From NCBI GenBank assembly GCA_001782825.1, contig MFPS01000003.1, forward strand, positions 44,353 through 108,352: a DNA stretch of 64,000 bases. The letters are read 5' to 3'. The stretch is from Candidatus Magasanikbacteria bacterium RIFCSPHIGHO2_01_FULL_33_34. Its GTDB lineage: Bacteria > Patescibacteriota > Patescibacteriia > Magasanikbacterales > UBA922. Positions 18,388 through 29,224 of the stretch are shown here, in pieces. A model generated the notes under the pieces. That model searched no databases. It was not told where the DNA came from and saw only the letters and a program-made list of their open reading frames with translations. The translations under genes and the position numbers were made by a program. Positions within the stretch are counted from its first letter, which is position 1, and every line of letters begins with the position of its first letter.

Positions 18388-20025
18388 ATGGAAAAATTGA
18401 AACACAAATATATTTTTGTTATAGGTGGAGTTTTGAGTGGAGTTGGAAAGGGGATTACCACAGCTTCTCTTGGTAATATTTTTAAGTCTAAGGGTTTTAA
18501 AGTTACGGCTATCAAAGCTGATCCATATATCAACGTTGATGCCGGTACAATGAATCCAGTTGAACATGGTGAAGTTTTTGTAACTGATGATGGAGATGAA
18601 ACTGATCAGGATATGGGGAATTATGAGAGATTTTTGGATGTTAATTTGAGCTCAACCAATTATATGACGACTGGTCGGGTATATACTACAGTGATTGAAA
18701 ATGAGCGTAGTATGAAATACAAAGGCAAGTGTGTACAAGTAGTACCGCATATACCAGAAGAAATAATTAAAAGAATAGAAAAGGCAGCTGAAAATAATGA
18801 TGCAGAAATTACTTTGATAGAAATTGGTGGTACAGTTGGTGAGTATGAAAATATTTTATTTTTGGAAGCTGCTCGAATGATGAAAATGAAAGATGCTTCT
18901 AGTGTGGCTTTTGTATTGGTTAGTTATTTGCCAGTACCAGCTCATTTGGGTGAGATGAAGACTAAGCCAACTCAACATGCGGCTCGTGCGCTCAGTAGCG
19001 CTGGCATTAATGCTGATATGATAATTGCCAGAGGTGAACAAAAATTGGATAAACCTAGACGCGAGAAATTAGCTGTATTTTGTGGAGTGAACCATGAAAA
19101 TATTATTTCAGCGCCAGATGTCTCATCAATTTATGAGATACCATTAACTTTGGAACAGCAAGATATAGGCAATAAACTTTTGAAAGTATTAGATATATTG
19201 CCACGAAAGAGTAAAATGAATGAATGGAAAAAGTTTGTGGCACGAAATAACAAAGTAGAAAAAACTGTTAAAATTGCAGTAATTGGAAAATATTTTGGCA
19301 CAGGAGATTATACATTAGCTGATTCGTATGTTTCTGTGATTGAAGCTACAAAACATGCGGCTTTATATAATGGCGCTAAGCCTATTCTTGAATGGGTTGA
19401 TTCAGAAGAATTTGAACATAATCCAATCAAGCTTAAACAATTGGAAAAATATGATGGTATTATTGTGCCGGGTGGTTTTGGTAGCCGTGGAGTAGAAGGT
19501 ATAATAAAAGCGATAGAATTGGCTCGCAAGAAAAAAATTCCATATTTTGGCTTGTGTTATGGTATGCAATTGGCAACTGTAGAATTTGTTCGTAATGTTG
19601 TTGGAAAAAAAGATGCAACTACAGTTGAAATTAATACAGATGCAAAAGAGCCAGTAATTCATATCAATCCCAATCAAGCCAAAAATGTAAAAGAAAATAG
19701 ATATGGTGGAACTATGCGTTTGGGTGCCTATGATTGTATATTAGAGAAAGATAGTTTGGTCTACAAAGCTTATGAAAAAAGAACAATTTCAGAGCGTCAT
19801 AGACATCGTTATGAATTTAATGATGATTATAGAAAGTTGATTGATAAGGCTGGGTTGAAGGTGGTGGGTGTTAATCCAGAGAGTAATTTAGTTGAAATTG
19901 TAGAGCTTAAAAATCATCCATTTTTTGTTGGTGTTCAATTTCATCCAGAATTCAAATCTCGTCCAATGATACCACATCCTTTATTCCGTGAATTTGTGAC
20001 AGCAGCCTTGAGGAATAAAAAATAA
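18388..20025 (+). CDS. pyrG: CTP synthase
   Basis: IFVIGGVLSGVGKGI is the N-terminal synthase domain. The C-terminal GATase domain has GLCYGMQ. Confidence 0.92.
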   Translation: MEKLKHKYIFVIGGVLSGVGKGITTASLGNIFKSKGFKVTAIKADPYINVDAGTMNPVEHGEVFVTDDGDETDQDMGNYERFLDVNLSSTNYMTTGRVYTTVIENERSMKYKGKCVQVVPHIPEEIIKRIEKAAENNDAEITLIEIGGTVGEYENILFLEAARMMKMKDASSVAFVLVSYLPVPAHLGEMKTKPTQHAARALSSAGINADMIIARGEQKLDKPRREKLAVFCGVNHENIISAPDVSSIYEIPLTLEQQDIGNKLLKVLDILPRKSKMNEWKKFVARNNKVEKTVKIAVIGKYFGTGDYTLADSYVSVIEATKHAALYNGAKPILEWVDSEEFEHNPIKLKQLEKYDGIIVPGGFGSRGVEGIIKAIELARKKKIPYFGLCYGMQLATVEFVRNVVGKKDATTVEINTDAKEPVIHINPNQAKNVKENRYGGTMRLGAYDCILEKDSLVYKAYEKRTISERHRHRYEFNDDYRKLIDKAGLKVVGVNPESNLVEIVELKNHPFFVGVQFHPEFKSRPMIPHPLFREFVTAALRNKK

Positions 20026-20069
20026 TTAAGATTTTTGTTTATATTTAAAGATTGTTAAAGTCTTGATTT

Positions 20070-21896
20070 TTGTATAAATTTGGAATAAAGTGGATGTATA
20101 TGTCAGATACTCAATTAATCAAAGACAAACTAGACATTGCTGATTTTATTAGTGAATATATACAGTTGAAGCCAGCAGGAATTAATCATAAAGGGTGTTG
20201 TCCATTTCATCAGGAAAAGACGCCGTCTTTTATGGTGAATCGTGAGCGACAGAGTTGGCACTGTTTTGGTTGTAGCAAGGGTGGGGATATATTTAGTTTT
20301 CTTCAAGAAATTGAAGGGATGGAATTTGTGGAAGCCTTAAAATTTTTGGCAGACAGGGCTGGTGTACAGTTGGAGTTTCGCTCGAGTGAAGTAAATTCTA
20401 GTCAAAAAAATAGAATTAAAGAAATTAACAAAGAAGCAACTAGGTTTTTTTATAATTTTCTTTTGAAAATGCCGGCATCTAGAAATGCACTTAAATATTT
20501 GGAAGAACGGGGTTTGACACAGGAAACCATTGAAAATTGGCAAATTGGATTTGTGCCAGATCAATGGGAGTTACTGACAAAGTATTTGTTGAAAAAAGGT
20601 TATAGTATTGATGATCTAGTTGCATCAGGTTTGACGATTAAACGCGAAGGCGCGAGTAATCAAAATCAGAGTAGTTATTATGATAGGTTTCGTGGGCGTA
20701 TTATGTTTCCAATTTGGGACGTACATGATACAGTGGTTGGTTTTACTGGTCGAGTATTGGTGGAAACAGAAAAATCTGGCGGTAAATATGTGAATACACC
20801 ACAGACAGTTGTGTATGACAAGTCTAGGGTGGTGTTTGGTTTGAATAAAGCTAAGTCTGAAATAAAGAGCAAAGATTTGATTGTAATGGTAGAAGGTCAA
20901 ATGGATGTAATTGCATGTCATCAAGTTGGTATGACAAATGTAGTGGCAACTAGTGGAACCGCTATGACTGAACAACAAGTAAAATTATTGAAAAGGTATT
21001 CAAATAATATGAGTATAGCTTTTGATGCTGATGTAGCTGGTCAAGCGGCAGCAAAACGGGGGATTGATTTGGCTATGTCTGAAGGAATGGATGTAAAAGT
21101 GATTATAATTCCAGATGGAAAAGGCAAAGATCCAGATGAATGTATCAAGAACAATAAGCAGGTTTGGTTTGATTCGGTTGCCAATGCAAAAGGTATTATG
21201 GATTGGTATTTTAGCAAAGCATTGGAAGCAAAAGATTTGTCTGATCCAAAACAAAAACAAAATATTGCTGATATTCTTTTGAAAGAAATTATTTTGATTC
21301 CTTATGCTGTAGAACAGGATCATTGGTTGCGCGAATTGGGTACAAAATTAAATGTTGATGTGTCAGTGCTTCGTGAAAATATGGCACAAATAAAGAATAG
21401 TCAAAAAAAGAAAGATATACAACAAAATCAAAAAAACGAGCCAATGGTTAACAATAAATTATATCAAAATACTAGATTGGATATTCTTTTGGAACGTTTT
21501 TTTATGGCATTATTGAAGTTTCCAGATAATATCAATAAAGAAAATTTGGTCTTGGATTCTGTTATGTTATCCTTTACAAACTATGGTCCTCTTTACGAAT
21601 TATTAAATAAGTTGTATAATAATAATGCTTCAATTGATGTTAATCAATTGCGTGATTCTGTAGATAATAACAACAAAGAAATAGTTGATCTCCTTTTGAT
21701 GAAAGGGGATTTGGAATTTACAAATTTTACGGTTGAGGAGACAAAGAATGAAATTAAACAATTGTTAGATCAAATAAATATAGAATGGTTAAAAAAGAGG
21801 AGACAGGATATTCAAGTAAATATTATAGAAGCAGAAAAACGTAATGATCAGGATGCATTGAAAGTATTGTTAGAAAATTTTCAAAAAATTAAATAA
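20070..21896 (+). CDS. dnaG: DNA primase
   Basis: CPFHQEKTPSF...HCFGCSKGGD is a CHC2 zinc finger. A TOPRIM domain follows. The start may instead be the ATG at 20094. Confidence 0.88.
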   Translation: MYKFGIKWMYMSDTQLIKDKLDIADFISEYIQLKPAGINHKGCCPFHQEKTPSFMVNRERQSWHCFGCSKGGDIFSFLQEIEGMEFVEALKFLADRAGVQLEFRSSEVNSSQKNRIKEINKEATRFFYNFLLKMPASRNALKYLEERGLTQETIENWQIGFVPDQWELLTKYLLKKGYSIDDLVASGLTIKREGASNQNQSSYYDRFRGRIMFPIWDVHDTVVGFTGRVLVETEKSGGKYVNTPQTVVYDKSRVVFGLNKAKSEIKSKDLIVMVEGQMDVIACHQVGMTNVVATSGTAMTEQQVKLLKRYSNNMSIAFDADVAGQAAAKRGIDLAMSEGMDVKVIIIPDGKGKDPDECIKNNKQVWFDSVANAKGIMDWYFSKALEAKDLSDPKQKQNIADILLKEIILIPYAVEQDHWLRELGTKLNVDVSVLRENMAQIKNSQKKKDIQQNQKNEPMVNNKLYQNTRLDILLERFFMALLKFPDNINKENLVLDSVMLSFTNYGPLYELLNKLYNNNASIDVNQLRDSVDNNNKEIVDLLLMKGDLEFTNFTVEETKNEIKQLLDQINIEWLKKRRQDIQVNIIEAEKRNDQDALKVLLENFQKIK

Positions 21897-21910
21897 TTAA
21901 GCAATAAGTC

Positions 21911-23335
21911 ATGCCTCGTAAAAAGGTTCAAATCTCTGTAAAAAAGAGAAAAGCCACGACAATAAAAAAACTTTCTGTAAAAAAGAAGGTTTTGAAAAAA
22001 GCAAATTCTTCCACTAAAAAAGTGGTAAAGAATTTAAAAAACAAAACAGCTCAGAAGGCTGTTTACAAAAAGACAGTCAAAAAGACTGCAAATGAAAAAA
22101 AAGTGGTAAAAAAACTCACCACCAAGCCATTAAAATCATTATCAAGGGCAAAGAGTTTTGGAGATAATACAAAAAAAACAAATACAAATAATTTTAATAA
22201 AAATGATGAAGCTTCTAAAAAAGCACTTGATTTGGTTATTACTGAGCCAGAGACACAAGAACTTTGGAATTTAATAAACAAAGGAAGAGGTAGAGGTTTT
22301 TTGACTGAAAGTGAAGTTTTGAGATTATTTAACCATCTTGAACATTATATTCCAGTATTTGAGTCTTTTTTGGATTTGATGGATAGAAATGGTGTATCTC
22401 TGGTTGAGATGAGTGGAAGTATGCTTGGGTCTGGAGTAGAAAAAAAATCTATATTGTCATCTTTTCAAGGAGAACAGCCGGATATGAAAGGAAGTTTTGA
22501 TTTGGGGACTATTTCGCAGGATTCAATTCAAATGTATTTGCGAGAGATTGGTAAAATCCCTCTTTTGAATGCAGAAGATGAAGTTTCGCTGGCTAAAAGA
22601 AAAGAAAGAGGAGACAAAGATGCAGAGAGAAAAATGATTGAAGCAAATTTGCGTTTGGTTGTCTCTATTGCCAAAAAATTTGTTGGTAAGCAACTTGGTT
22701 TATTAGATTTGATTCAAGAAGGTAATATTGGATTGTTTCGGGCTGTAAAAAAGTTTGATTATAGAAGAGGGTATAAATTTTCTACTTATGCCACTTGGTG
22801 GATCAGGCAAGCAATTACTCGCGCGCTGGCTGATCAAAGTAGAACTATTCGTATTCCAGTTCATATGGTAGAAACTATTAATCGTTTCAAGCAGATTCAG
22901 AGACGATTGTTGCAGGATCTAGGGCGTGATCCATTGCCAGAAGAGTTGGCAGCTGAAATGGGTGAAGAATTATCGAAAATAAAACAGATTATAAAAATAT
23001 CACAAGATACAATATCATTAGAAACATCAGTGGGGGACGATGACGACGATTCACATCTTTCAGACTTTATTGAAGATGTAAAGAATGCTAGCCCATCACA
23101 TGTTGCTGGAGTTCAGTTGTTGCGTGATTATATCAAAGAAGCTATCAAAGATTTGTCGCCACGTGAACAAAAAATTCTGGAAATGCGTTTTGGTCTAGCT
23201 GATGGTGTAACTCATACACTTGAAGAGGTCGGACGAGAGTTTGATGTAACTCGTGAACGTATACGGCAAATTGAAGCCAAGTCACTAGAAAAGATTCAAG
23301 CAATGGATATTATTGGAAAATTGAGAGATTATTAA
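21911..23335 (+). CDS. rpoD: RNA polymerase sigma-70 factor with a lysine-rich N-terminal extension
   Basis: Region 2 is [37 protein letters not shown]. Region 4 is at the C-terminus. Confidence 0.9.
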   Translation: MPRKKVQISVKKRKATTIKKLSVKKKVLKKANSSTKKVVKNLKNKTAQKAVYKKTVKKTANEKKVVKKLTTKPLKSLSRAKSFGDNTKKTNTNNFNKNDEASKKALDLVITEPETQELWNLINKGRGRGFLTESEVLRLFNHLEHYIPVFESFLDLMDRNGVSLVEMSGSMLGSGVEKKSILSSFQGEQPDMKGSFDLGTISQDSIQMYLREIGKIPLLNAEDEVSLAKRKERGDKDAERKMIEANLRLVVSIAKKFVGKQLGLLDLIQEGNIGLFRAVKKFDYRRGYKFSTYATWWIRQAITRALADQSRTIRIPVHMVETINRFKQIQRRLLQDLGRDPLPEELAAEMGEELSKIKQIIKISQDTISLETSVGDDDDDSHLSDFIEDVKNASPSHVAGVQLLRDYIKEAIKDLSPREQKILEMRFGLADGVTHTLEEVGREFDVTRERIRQIEAKSLEKIQAMDIIGKLRDY

Positions 23336-23350
23336 ACTGTAAAGTGTAAT

Positions 23351-23389
23351 AAAACAAAAACAACTCAAATAGTGAGCTGTTTTTGTTTT
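23351..23389. terminator. Bidirectional terminator hairpin between rpoD and the SOD-like gene
   Basis: aaaacaaaaacaactc ... gagctgtttttgtttt. Confidence 0.6.
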
Positions 23390-23425
23390 ATTGGGTATTT
23401 AAATACCAAATTAAATACTAATTTT

Positions 23426-23995
23426 TTACATTCTTTCTGCAACTTTTGCCCAATTAACTGCCTTCATAAAGGCTTCAATATAATCTGCGCGTTTCATACC
23501 GTAATCAAGTATAAATGCATGTTCAAACACATCCATCACTAACAATGGCTTTGCGCCTGATAGGTGGCCAACATCGTGCTCATTGATCCAAGTGTTGAAT
23601 AATCTGTCTCCTCGTTTGTCATAGGCTAATATTGCCCAGCCAATACCGCGTAGAGCACCAGTTGAGACAAAGTCTTTGCGCCATTGGTCTATTGAGCCGA
23701 ACTCTGTTGTAAGTTTTTTGCCGAGATTAGAATTTTCGTCGAGTTCAACTGCATCTTTGGTCATATTCTCAAAATATAATTCATGCAAACGCATACCATT
23801 GAATTCCCAGCCAAAACGGCGTTTGAGTTCAGCGTATTCGCCTGGACCAGCATTTTCAGCTAATTCTTTGAGTCTGTCTGACAATGAATTGGTATTTTTT
23901 ACATAACCTTGGTATAGACCAAAGTGAGTATTGAGTAAATTGTCACTAAATCCTGGAGTGCCAAGCAAGTGACTGAAATCTAATGCTTCGTACAT
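23426..23995 (-). CDS. Fe/Mn superoxide dismutase family protein (divergent)
   Basis: The C-terminal DVFEHAFILDY...NW matches SOD. GWAIL matches GWAWL. The N-terminal HHxKHH box is degenerate (THFGLY). Confidence 0.65.
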   Translation of the reverse strand: MYEALDFSHLLGTPGFSDNLLNTHFGLYQGYVKNTNSLSDRLKELAENAGPGEYAELKRRFGWEFNGMRLHELYFENMTKDAVELDENSNLGKKLTTEFGSIDQWRKDFVSTGALRGIGWAILAYDKRGDRLFNTWINEHDVGHLSGAKPLLVMDVFEHAFILDYGMKRADYIEAFMKAVNWAKVAERM

Positions 23996-24072
23996 ATAAA
24001 ATGTTTTAAAAATAAATATTTTTTAATTTGTGTTTATATGATATACTAAATTATATACTAAATCAAATATAT

Positions 24073-25044
24073 ATGTCTTTTGATATAATAGCAATAGGGG
24101 ATACAACTACTGATATTTTTTTGGATATCGATGAAAATAGCAAGCTGTGTAAGGTAGACAAAAGAACACAAGAGCTCAAATTTAAGTTTAAGAGTAAAAT
24201 TCCGGTTATGGGTGTACATAGGGTCATTGGTGGTGGTAATGCCCCAAATCATGTTATGGGGGCTTCTAGACTAGGATTAAAGACTGCTATATATACAGTA
24301 GTAGGACATGATGATGTCGGTGATTCATTTTATCACAAGATAGACAAAGAAGGGATTTCAAATAAATATATTAGTTATGATTCCAAAAATGGCACAAATT
24401 TGTCTACTATTATAGATTATGATGAAGAAAGAACAGTTTTGAGTTATCATGCTGATAGAAAATATAAATTACCAGAGTTTGAAAATACAAAATGGATTTA
24501 TTTTTCTTCAATATCTGGGAATCATGATGAATTTAATGAGCAATTAGTTAATTATATAAAAAATAATTCAGTTAAACTGGCTTTCAATCCTGGAAGTAGG
24601 CAAATGATTTTAGGACTTGTTAAATTAAAAAAAATTTTTGAGGTAAGTGACATTGTCTTTGTAAATAAATCAGAAGCAGAGCGATTGGTGGGTGAAGCAT
24701 CTAGTATAAAAAATTTAATGAAGAAGTTTTATAATCTTGGTATGAAGATTGCTGTGATAACCGATGGACAAAAAGGTTCTTATAGTTTTGATGGTACTAC
24801 TTTTTATAAAATAAATATATTTAAGTCTAAGGTTTTGGAGACTACTGGATGTGGTGATGCCTATGGTAGTGGTTTTTTGTCTGCGATTATAAAAAAGAAA
24901 ACTATAGCAGAGGCTATGAAATGGGGTTCAATAAATGCATCTAGTGTGATTTCAAAAATTGGTTCGCAAGATGGTCTTTTGACTAAAAAACAGATGGAGA
25001 GTATATTATCTAAGCATGATTATTTTCAAGCGCGGATTTTATAA
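24073..25044 (+). CDS. PfkB-family carbohydrate kinase (ribokinase-like)
   Basis: The N-terminus is IIAIGDTTTD. The C-terminus is TTGCGDAYGSGF, the PfkB signature 2. Confidence 0.75.
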   Translation: MSFDIIAIGDTTTDIFLDIDENSKLCKVDKRTQELKFKFKSKIPVMGVHRVIGGGNAPNHVMGASRLGLKTAIYTVVGHDDVGDSFYHKIDKEGISNKYISYDSKNGTNLSTIIDYDEERTVLSYHADRKYKLPEFENTKWIYFSSISGNHDEFNEQLVNYIKNNSVKLAFNPGSRQMILGLVKLKKIFEVSDIVFVNKSEAERLVGEASSIKNLMKKFYNLGMKIAVITDGQKGSYSFDGTTFYKINIFKSKVLETTGCGDAYGSGFLSAIIKKKTIAEAMKWGSINASSVISKIGSQDGLLTKKQMESILSKHDYFQARIL

Positions 25045-25129
25045 GATATCCACAATTGAAGATAATTTGTATGCTTGTTATAATGTTCAAACAATCCTTA
25101 AATGGAAAATTTATTAATTAATTTATATT

Positions 25130-25894
25130 ATGGAAAACAATACAAATAAGGGAAATCCAATGTCTAATATGTCACAAACAAAGACATTTGCTTTTGGGCT
25201 TTTGGCAGGTGTACTAGTGCTTTGTACTATTGGGTTTTTTGTTATGTTGGGTATATTTTTAAAGGGCGGTAATCTTGGTTCTGGTCTAGACAAAACAGAT
25301 AATTTAGCAGTGGTTGATAATACTGTACCAACTAATCCAGGTGCACCTCAACCAGCGCCAACAAAAGCGCCAGCAGTAGACGAAAAAAATGATCATATCC
25401 GTGGTGGCAAAAATGCCAAAGTAACTTTGATTGAATATTCAGATTTTGAATGTCCTTTCTGTGGAAGATTTGCTCCAACTGTCAAACAAGCATTGGATGA
25501 ATATGGGGATGATATTAGAGTTGTTTATAGACATTTTCCATTATCATTTCATCCTCAGGCCCAACCTGCAGCTGAAGCATCAGAATGTGCGGCTGAACAG
25601 GGTAAGTTTTGGGAATTTCATGATGAATTATTCTTGAATCAAACTAGTTTGAGCGCAAATTACTTTGAAACTCTTGCTGGTGAATTGGGACTTAATTTGA
25701 GTAAATTTACAGATTGTGTTAAATCTAGCAAGTATAAATCTAAAGTTCAACAGCAGTTTGCTGGTGGTTCAGCAGCTGGTGTAGGTGGTACTCCACATAC
25801 ATTTGTAGTTGGGGCTGATGGCAATGCTGTTACCGTAAATGGTGCTCAACCATATGCCAACCTCAAATCAGCTATTGATTCGATGATGAATTAA
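25130..25894 (+). CDS. DsbA-like thiol:disulfide oxidoreductase, membrane-anchored
   Basis: It has an N-terminal TM helix and a CPFC active site in a thioredoxin fold. Confidence 0.75.
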   Translation: MENNTNKGNPMSNMSQTKTFAFGLLAGVLVLCTIGFFVMLGIFLKGGNLGSGLDKTDNLAVVDNTVPTNPGAPQPAPTKAPAVDEKNDHIRGGKNAKVTLIEYSDFECPFCGRFAPTVKQALDEYGDDIRVVYRHFPLSFHPQAQPAAEASECAAEQGKFWEFHDELFLNQTSLSANYFETLAGELGLNLSKFTDCVKSSKYKSKVQQQFAGGSAAGVGGTPHTFVVGADGNAVTVNGAQPYANLKSAIDSMMN

Positions 25895-25904
25895 CAAAAT
25901 TTTA

Positions 25905-25933
25905 AAAAATCCGCTTAATAGCGGATTTTTTAT
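25905..25933 (+). terminator. Rho-independent terminator
   Basis: aatccgc-ttaata-gcggatt is followed by ttttat. Confidence 0.7.
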
Positions 25934-26007
25934 TGTATAATTTTTATGGTATACTGTATCTATATATTTAATTAGTATTAAGTTATTAGAGTACATATAA
26001 TATTATT

Positions 26008-27951
26008 ATGACCGCACCGCAACTCAGACAATCAAATCAAGTTGATAAGGCAAAAGAAGATATTTGTCTTTTTGGTCAAACAAATTATAGAAATCAATTG
26101 ACTAGGTTTGGTATCAAGACTGATGATAGGCGACGACATATGTACATCATAGGTAAAACTGGTATGGGAAAGACAACTATGATGGAAAATATGGTTTTGA
26201 ATGATATTTATAAAGGTCATGGTTTGGGGATAGTTGATCCTCATGGTGATTTTGCTGAAAAAATTATAGATTTTATCCCGTCTAGACGTATTAATGATGT
26301 GGTATATTTCAATCCATCAGACACTGATAATCCGATTGGTTTCAATATTTTGGAAGTTAGTGATGAAAAACAAAAGCATCTTGTGGCAGCTGGATTGATG
26401 GGAATATTCAAAAAGATTTGGCCAGATGCTTGGAGTTCAAGAATGGAATATATTTTGAATAATACTCTTTTGGCTTTGCTTGATTATCAAGGTTCAACAT
26501 TATTGGGTATAAACAGATTATTGGCAGACAAAAAATATCGCAAAAGAGTAGTAGCTCAATTGAAAGATCCGGTAGTAAAAGCTTTTTGGCAAAATGAATT
26601 TGCCAGTTATTCTGATAGGTATATGACTGAAGCGGTGGCACCTATTCAAAACAAGATTGGTCAATTTTTGTCAGCTAGTGTTATCAGAAATATGGTTGCC
26701 CAAGTCAAATCTACAATAAATATCAGGAGTATAATGGACAATCAAAAGATATTTATTATGAATTTATCAAAAGGAAGAATAGGTGAGGACAATAGCCGAT
26801 TGCTAGGTGGTATGCTTATAACCAAATTACAATTAGCAGCCATGGAGAGAGTAGATATGCCAGAAGAGGATAGAAAAGATTTCTTTTTGTATGTTGATGA
26901 GTTTCAAAATTTTGCTAATCCAAGTTTTGCGAATATTTTGTCAGAAGCTCGTAAATATAGATTGAGTTTGATTTTGGCGCATCAATATGTAAAACAGCTT
27001 GATGAGTTGGTAGCGGATGCTGTTTTTGGTAATGTCGGTACAATGATATCATTTCGAGTTGGTGGGCCAGATTCAGTAGAGCTTGTCAAAGAATTTACGC
27101 CAACTTTTTTGGAAGAAGATATGGTGAATTTACCAAAGTTTCAGATTTTTTTGAAATTGATGATTGATGGTGTGGCTTCGCGTCCATTTAGTGCTATGTC
27201 TATGCCTCCAATTGGTTCACCGACTGGTAGCAGAGAAAAGGTGATTAGGGTTTCACGTGAGCGATATTCTACAAACAAAAATGAAATAGAAGACAAAATT
27301 ACTCGTTGGAGTGGAATGGATTTGAATGAGCAGACTGATTCAAGTAACAATGAAAAAAAGAAGGATGATAATAAGCGTAGAGATGACAAACCAAATTATA
27401 AGCCAAAGAGTGGTAATAGTTTTGATAAAAAAGATAGTAGTGTTAGAAAAGATATGCCAAATAATCAAAAATCTTCAAATACAGAATTACCAAAAATAAA
27501 TACAGAAGAAATTAAAAAAGTGGAAGTGAATAAACCAATAGTTTTATCACAATTACAATCTAATAATCAAAATCAAGCTAATTTGGTTGAATTTTCTTCA
27601 AACAAAAGAAAGAGGCGAAGAAAGAAAAAAGGGCATAGCCATACTGATATTGCAATTGTTCAAAAATCAGAAATTATTCCTGTAGGGAGTTTAAAAACAG
27701 TTGAGGTTGTAAAAAATATACAAACAAGTACAAACAATAGGCCTAATATTTATCAGAATACAAATTATACAAAAGCTAGTGTTTCATTAGATGATAAAAA
27801 AAATAATCAAACTGTACAAAATATACCGCAACAAAGTTTGCAAGTTATTGCAAATAATAATGTTATAACAAATAAAAATAATGATGAAAAACCACCAAAT
27901 AATAATCAAACAAATTCTTTGGAAAAAGGTATTATAGTTAAATTTGATTAA
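26008..27951 (+). CDS. P-loop ATPase of the TraD/VirD4/HerA-FtsK-like superfamily with an N/K/Q-rich C-terminal tail
   Basis: Walker A is IIGKTGMGKTT. Walker B is FLYVDEFQNF. There is a conserved AHQ. The ~230-aa C-terminal tail is low-complexity. Confidence 0.55.
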   Translation: MTAPQLRQSNQVDKAKEDICLFGQTNYRNQLTRFGIKTDDRRRHMYIIGKTGMGKTTMMENMVLNDIYKGHGLGIVDPHGDFAEKIIDFIPSRRINDVVYFNPSDTDNPIGFNILEVSDEKQKHLVAAGLMGIFKKIWPDAWSSRMEYILNNTLLALLDYQGSTLLGINRLLADKKYRKRVVAQLKDPVVKAFWQNEFASYSDRYMTEAVAPIQNKIGQFLSASVIRNMVAQVKSTINIRSIMDNQKIFIMNLSKGRIGEDNSRLLGGMLITKLQLAAMERVDMPEEDRKDFFLYVDEFQNFANPSFANILSEARKYRLSLILAHQYVKQLDELVADAVFGNVGTMISFRVGGPDSVELVKEFTPTFLEEDMVNLPKFQIFLKLMIDGVASRPFSAMSMPPIGSPTGSREKVIRVSRERYSTNKNEIEDKITRWSGMDLNEQTDSSNNEKKKDDNKRRDDKPNYKPKSGNSFDKKDSSVRKDMPNNQKSSNTELPKINTEEIKKVEVNKPIVLSQLQSNNQNQANLVEFSSNKRKRRRKKKGHSHTDIAIVQKSEIIPVGSLKTVEVVKNIQTSTNNRPNIYQNTNYTKASVSLDDKKNNQTVQNIPQQSLQVIANNNVITNKNNDEKPPNNNQTNSLEKGIIVKFD

Positions 27952-27957
27952 TATATT

Positions 27958-28755
27958 ATGCAGGTAGTTGATATTGGGATACTTAAACAGTTACATATTT
28001 ATAATAAAAAAAGCCATAAAGGTGAAAATGGAATAGTTTTGGTAATAGCCGGTTCAGACAAATATCATGGCGCATTATTGTTGGCAATCAAGGCTTTGTC
28101 TAGAATAGTAGATATGGTTTTTGTTCATTCTGTAGCGAGAAATTTAAAAATTATAAGAAAATTAAAAACAGAAATTGCTACTTTTATTTCGGTTAGTAAT
28201 TCACAATTAAAAAATATTATTAAGAGATCTGATGTTATTTTGATTGGCCCAGGTTTGGAAGAATCAAAACATAATTTGGATTTGCTTAAATATATATTAA
28301 AAAAATATAAAGATAAAAAAATTTTGATTGATGCTACATCTTTGTGGCAATTGAATCCAAAGTGGTTGCATAAAAAATGTATACTAACACCTCATGCAAG
28401 GGAATTTGAACAATTGTTCAAGGCAAAAGCTACACCACAAAATGTGTTGAATATGGCTTCAAAGTATAATTGCACAATTATTTTGACTGGGCATTATGAT
28501 TATATATCGGATGGAGATAAAATTTATGAAAATAAATCAGGAAATGTTGGTATGACAAAAGGTGGAACAGGGGATGTATTAGCTGGGATTGTGGCAGGAT
28601 TTTATGCCAATAATGATTCTCTGATTTCTGCTTTAGCTGGGGCTTATTTGAATGGTGTAGCCGGAGACAAATTATATGAAAAAAAAGGAATTTTCTATAA
28701 TTCTGAAGATCTGATTGAAGAGCTTGGCAATGTTTATGCAAAATTAACTAAATAA
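27958..28755 (+). CDS. nnrD: ADP-dependent NAD(P)H-hydrate dehydratase (YjeF C-terminal domain)
   Basis: VLVIAGSDKYHGA...GGTGDVLAGIV. Confidence 0.8.
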   Translation: MQVVDIGILKQLHIYNKKSHKGENGIVLVIAGSDKYHGALLLAIKALSRIVDMVFVHSVARNLKIIRKLKTEIATFISVSNSQLKNIIKRSDVILIGPGLEESKHNLDLLKYILKKYKDKKILIDATSLWQLNPKWLHKKCILTPHAREFEQLFKAKATPQNVLNMASKYNCTIILTGHYDYISDGDKIYENKSGNVGMTKGGTGDVLAGIVAGFYANNDSLISALAGAYLNGVAGDKLYEKKGIFYNSEDLIEELGNVYAKLTK

Positions 28756-28770
28756 TTAATAATAAATTAT

Positions 28771-29169
28771 ATGAATTATTTGAGAGCTATTAAGACTGGA
28801 GTAATGTTGTGGCTAACAATTTTTGTGGTCATAACTATATTGATGTTTTTACCATTTCTTGTCGATAAAAAAATGCTTCAGTTTGGAATATTCTGGATAC
28901 TTTTGATTCCAATTGTTTTGTTGTTTTGTAAGTGGCATTTTAAGATGGATGCACCCAATCTAAAAAAAGGATTTTTATTGGGAATAATTATGCTTTTGGT
29001 TATTTTGGTATTGGATATGGTTATAACAGTGCCTTTGTTTGTAAAATCTTTTTCTGTATTTTTTGGTGATTGGATGATGTATGTAGGTTATATAGAAGTA
29101 TTGTTATTAGCCGTTTATGCTGGATTTGAGTTTGATAAGACATTTACAAAATACGATAATACCAAATAA
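28771..29169 (+). CDS. Small hypothetical membrane protein
   Basis: It has 3-4 hydrophobic helices. Confidence 0.45.
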   Translation: MNYLRAIKTGVMLWLTIFVVITILMFLPFLVDKKMLQFGIFWILLIPIVLLFCKWHFKMDAPNLKKGFLLGIIMLLVILVLDMVITVPLFVKSFSVFFGDWMMYVGYIEVLLLAVYAGFEFDKTFTKYDNTK

Positions 29170-29179
29170 AAAACAGAAC

Positions 29180-29200
29180 GTCCCGGCACGGTGCCGGGAC
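29180..29200 (-). terminator. Perfect 10-bp GC-rich palindrome (gtcccggcac g gtgccgggac) acting as a terminator for the minus-strand small ORF
   Basis: The sequence shows the palindrome. On the minus strand a T-run follows it. Confidence 0.65.
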
Positions 29201-29224
29201 GGTACATCACTTCAGAAGAAACTT

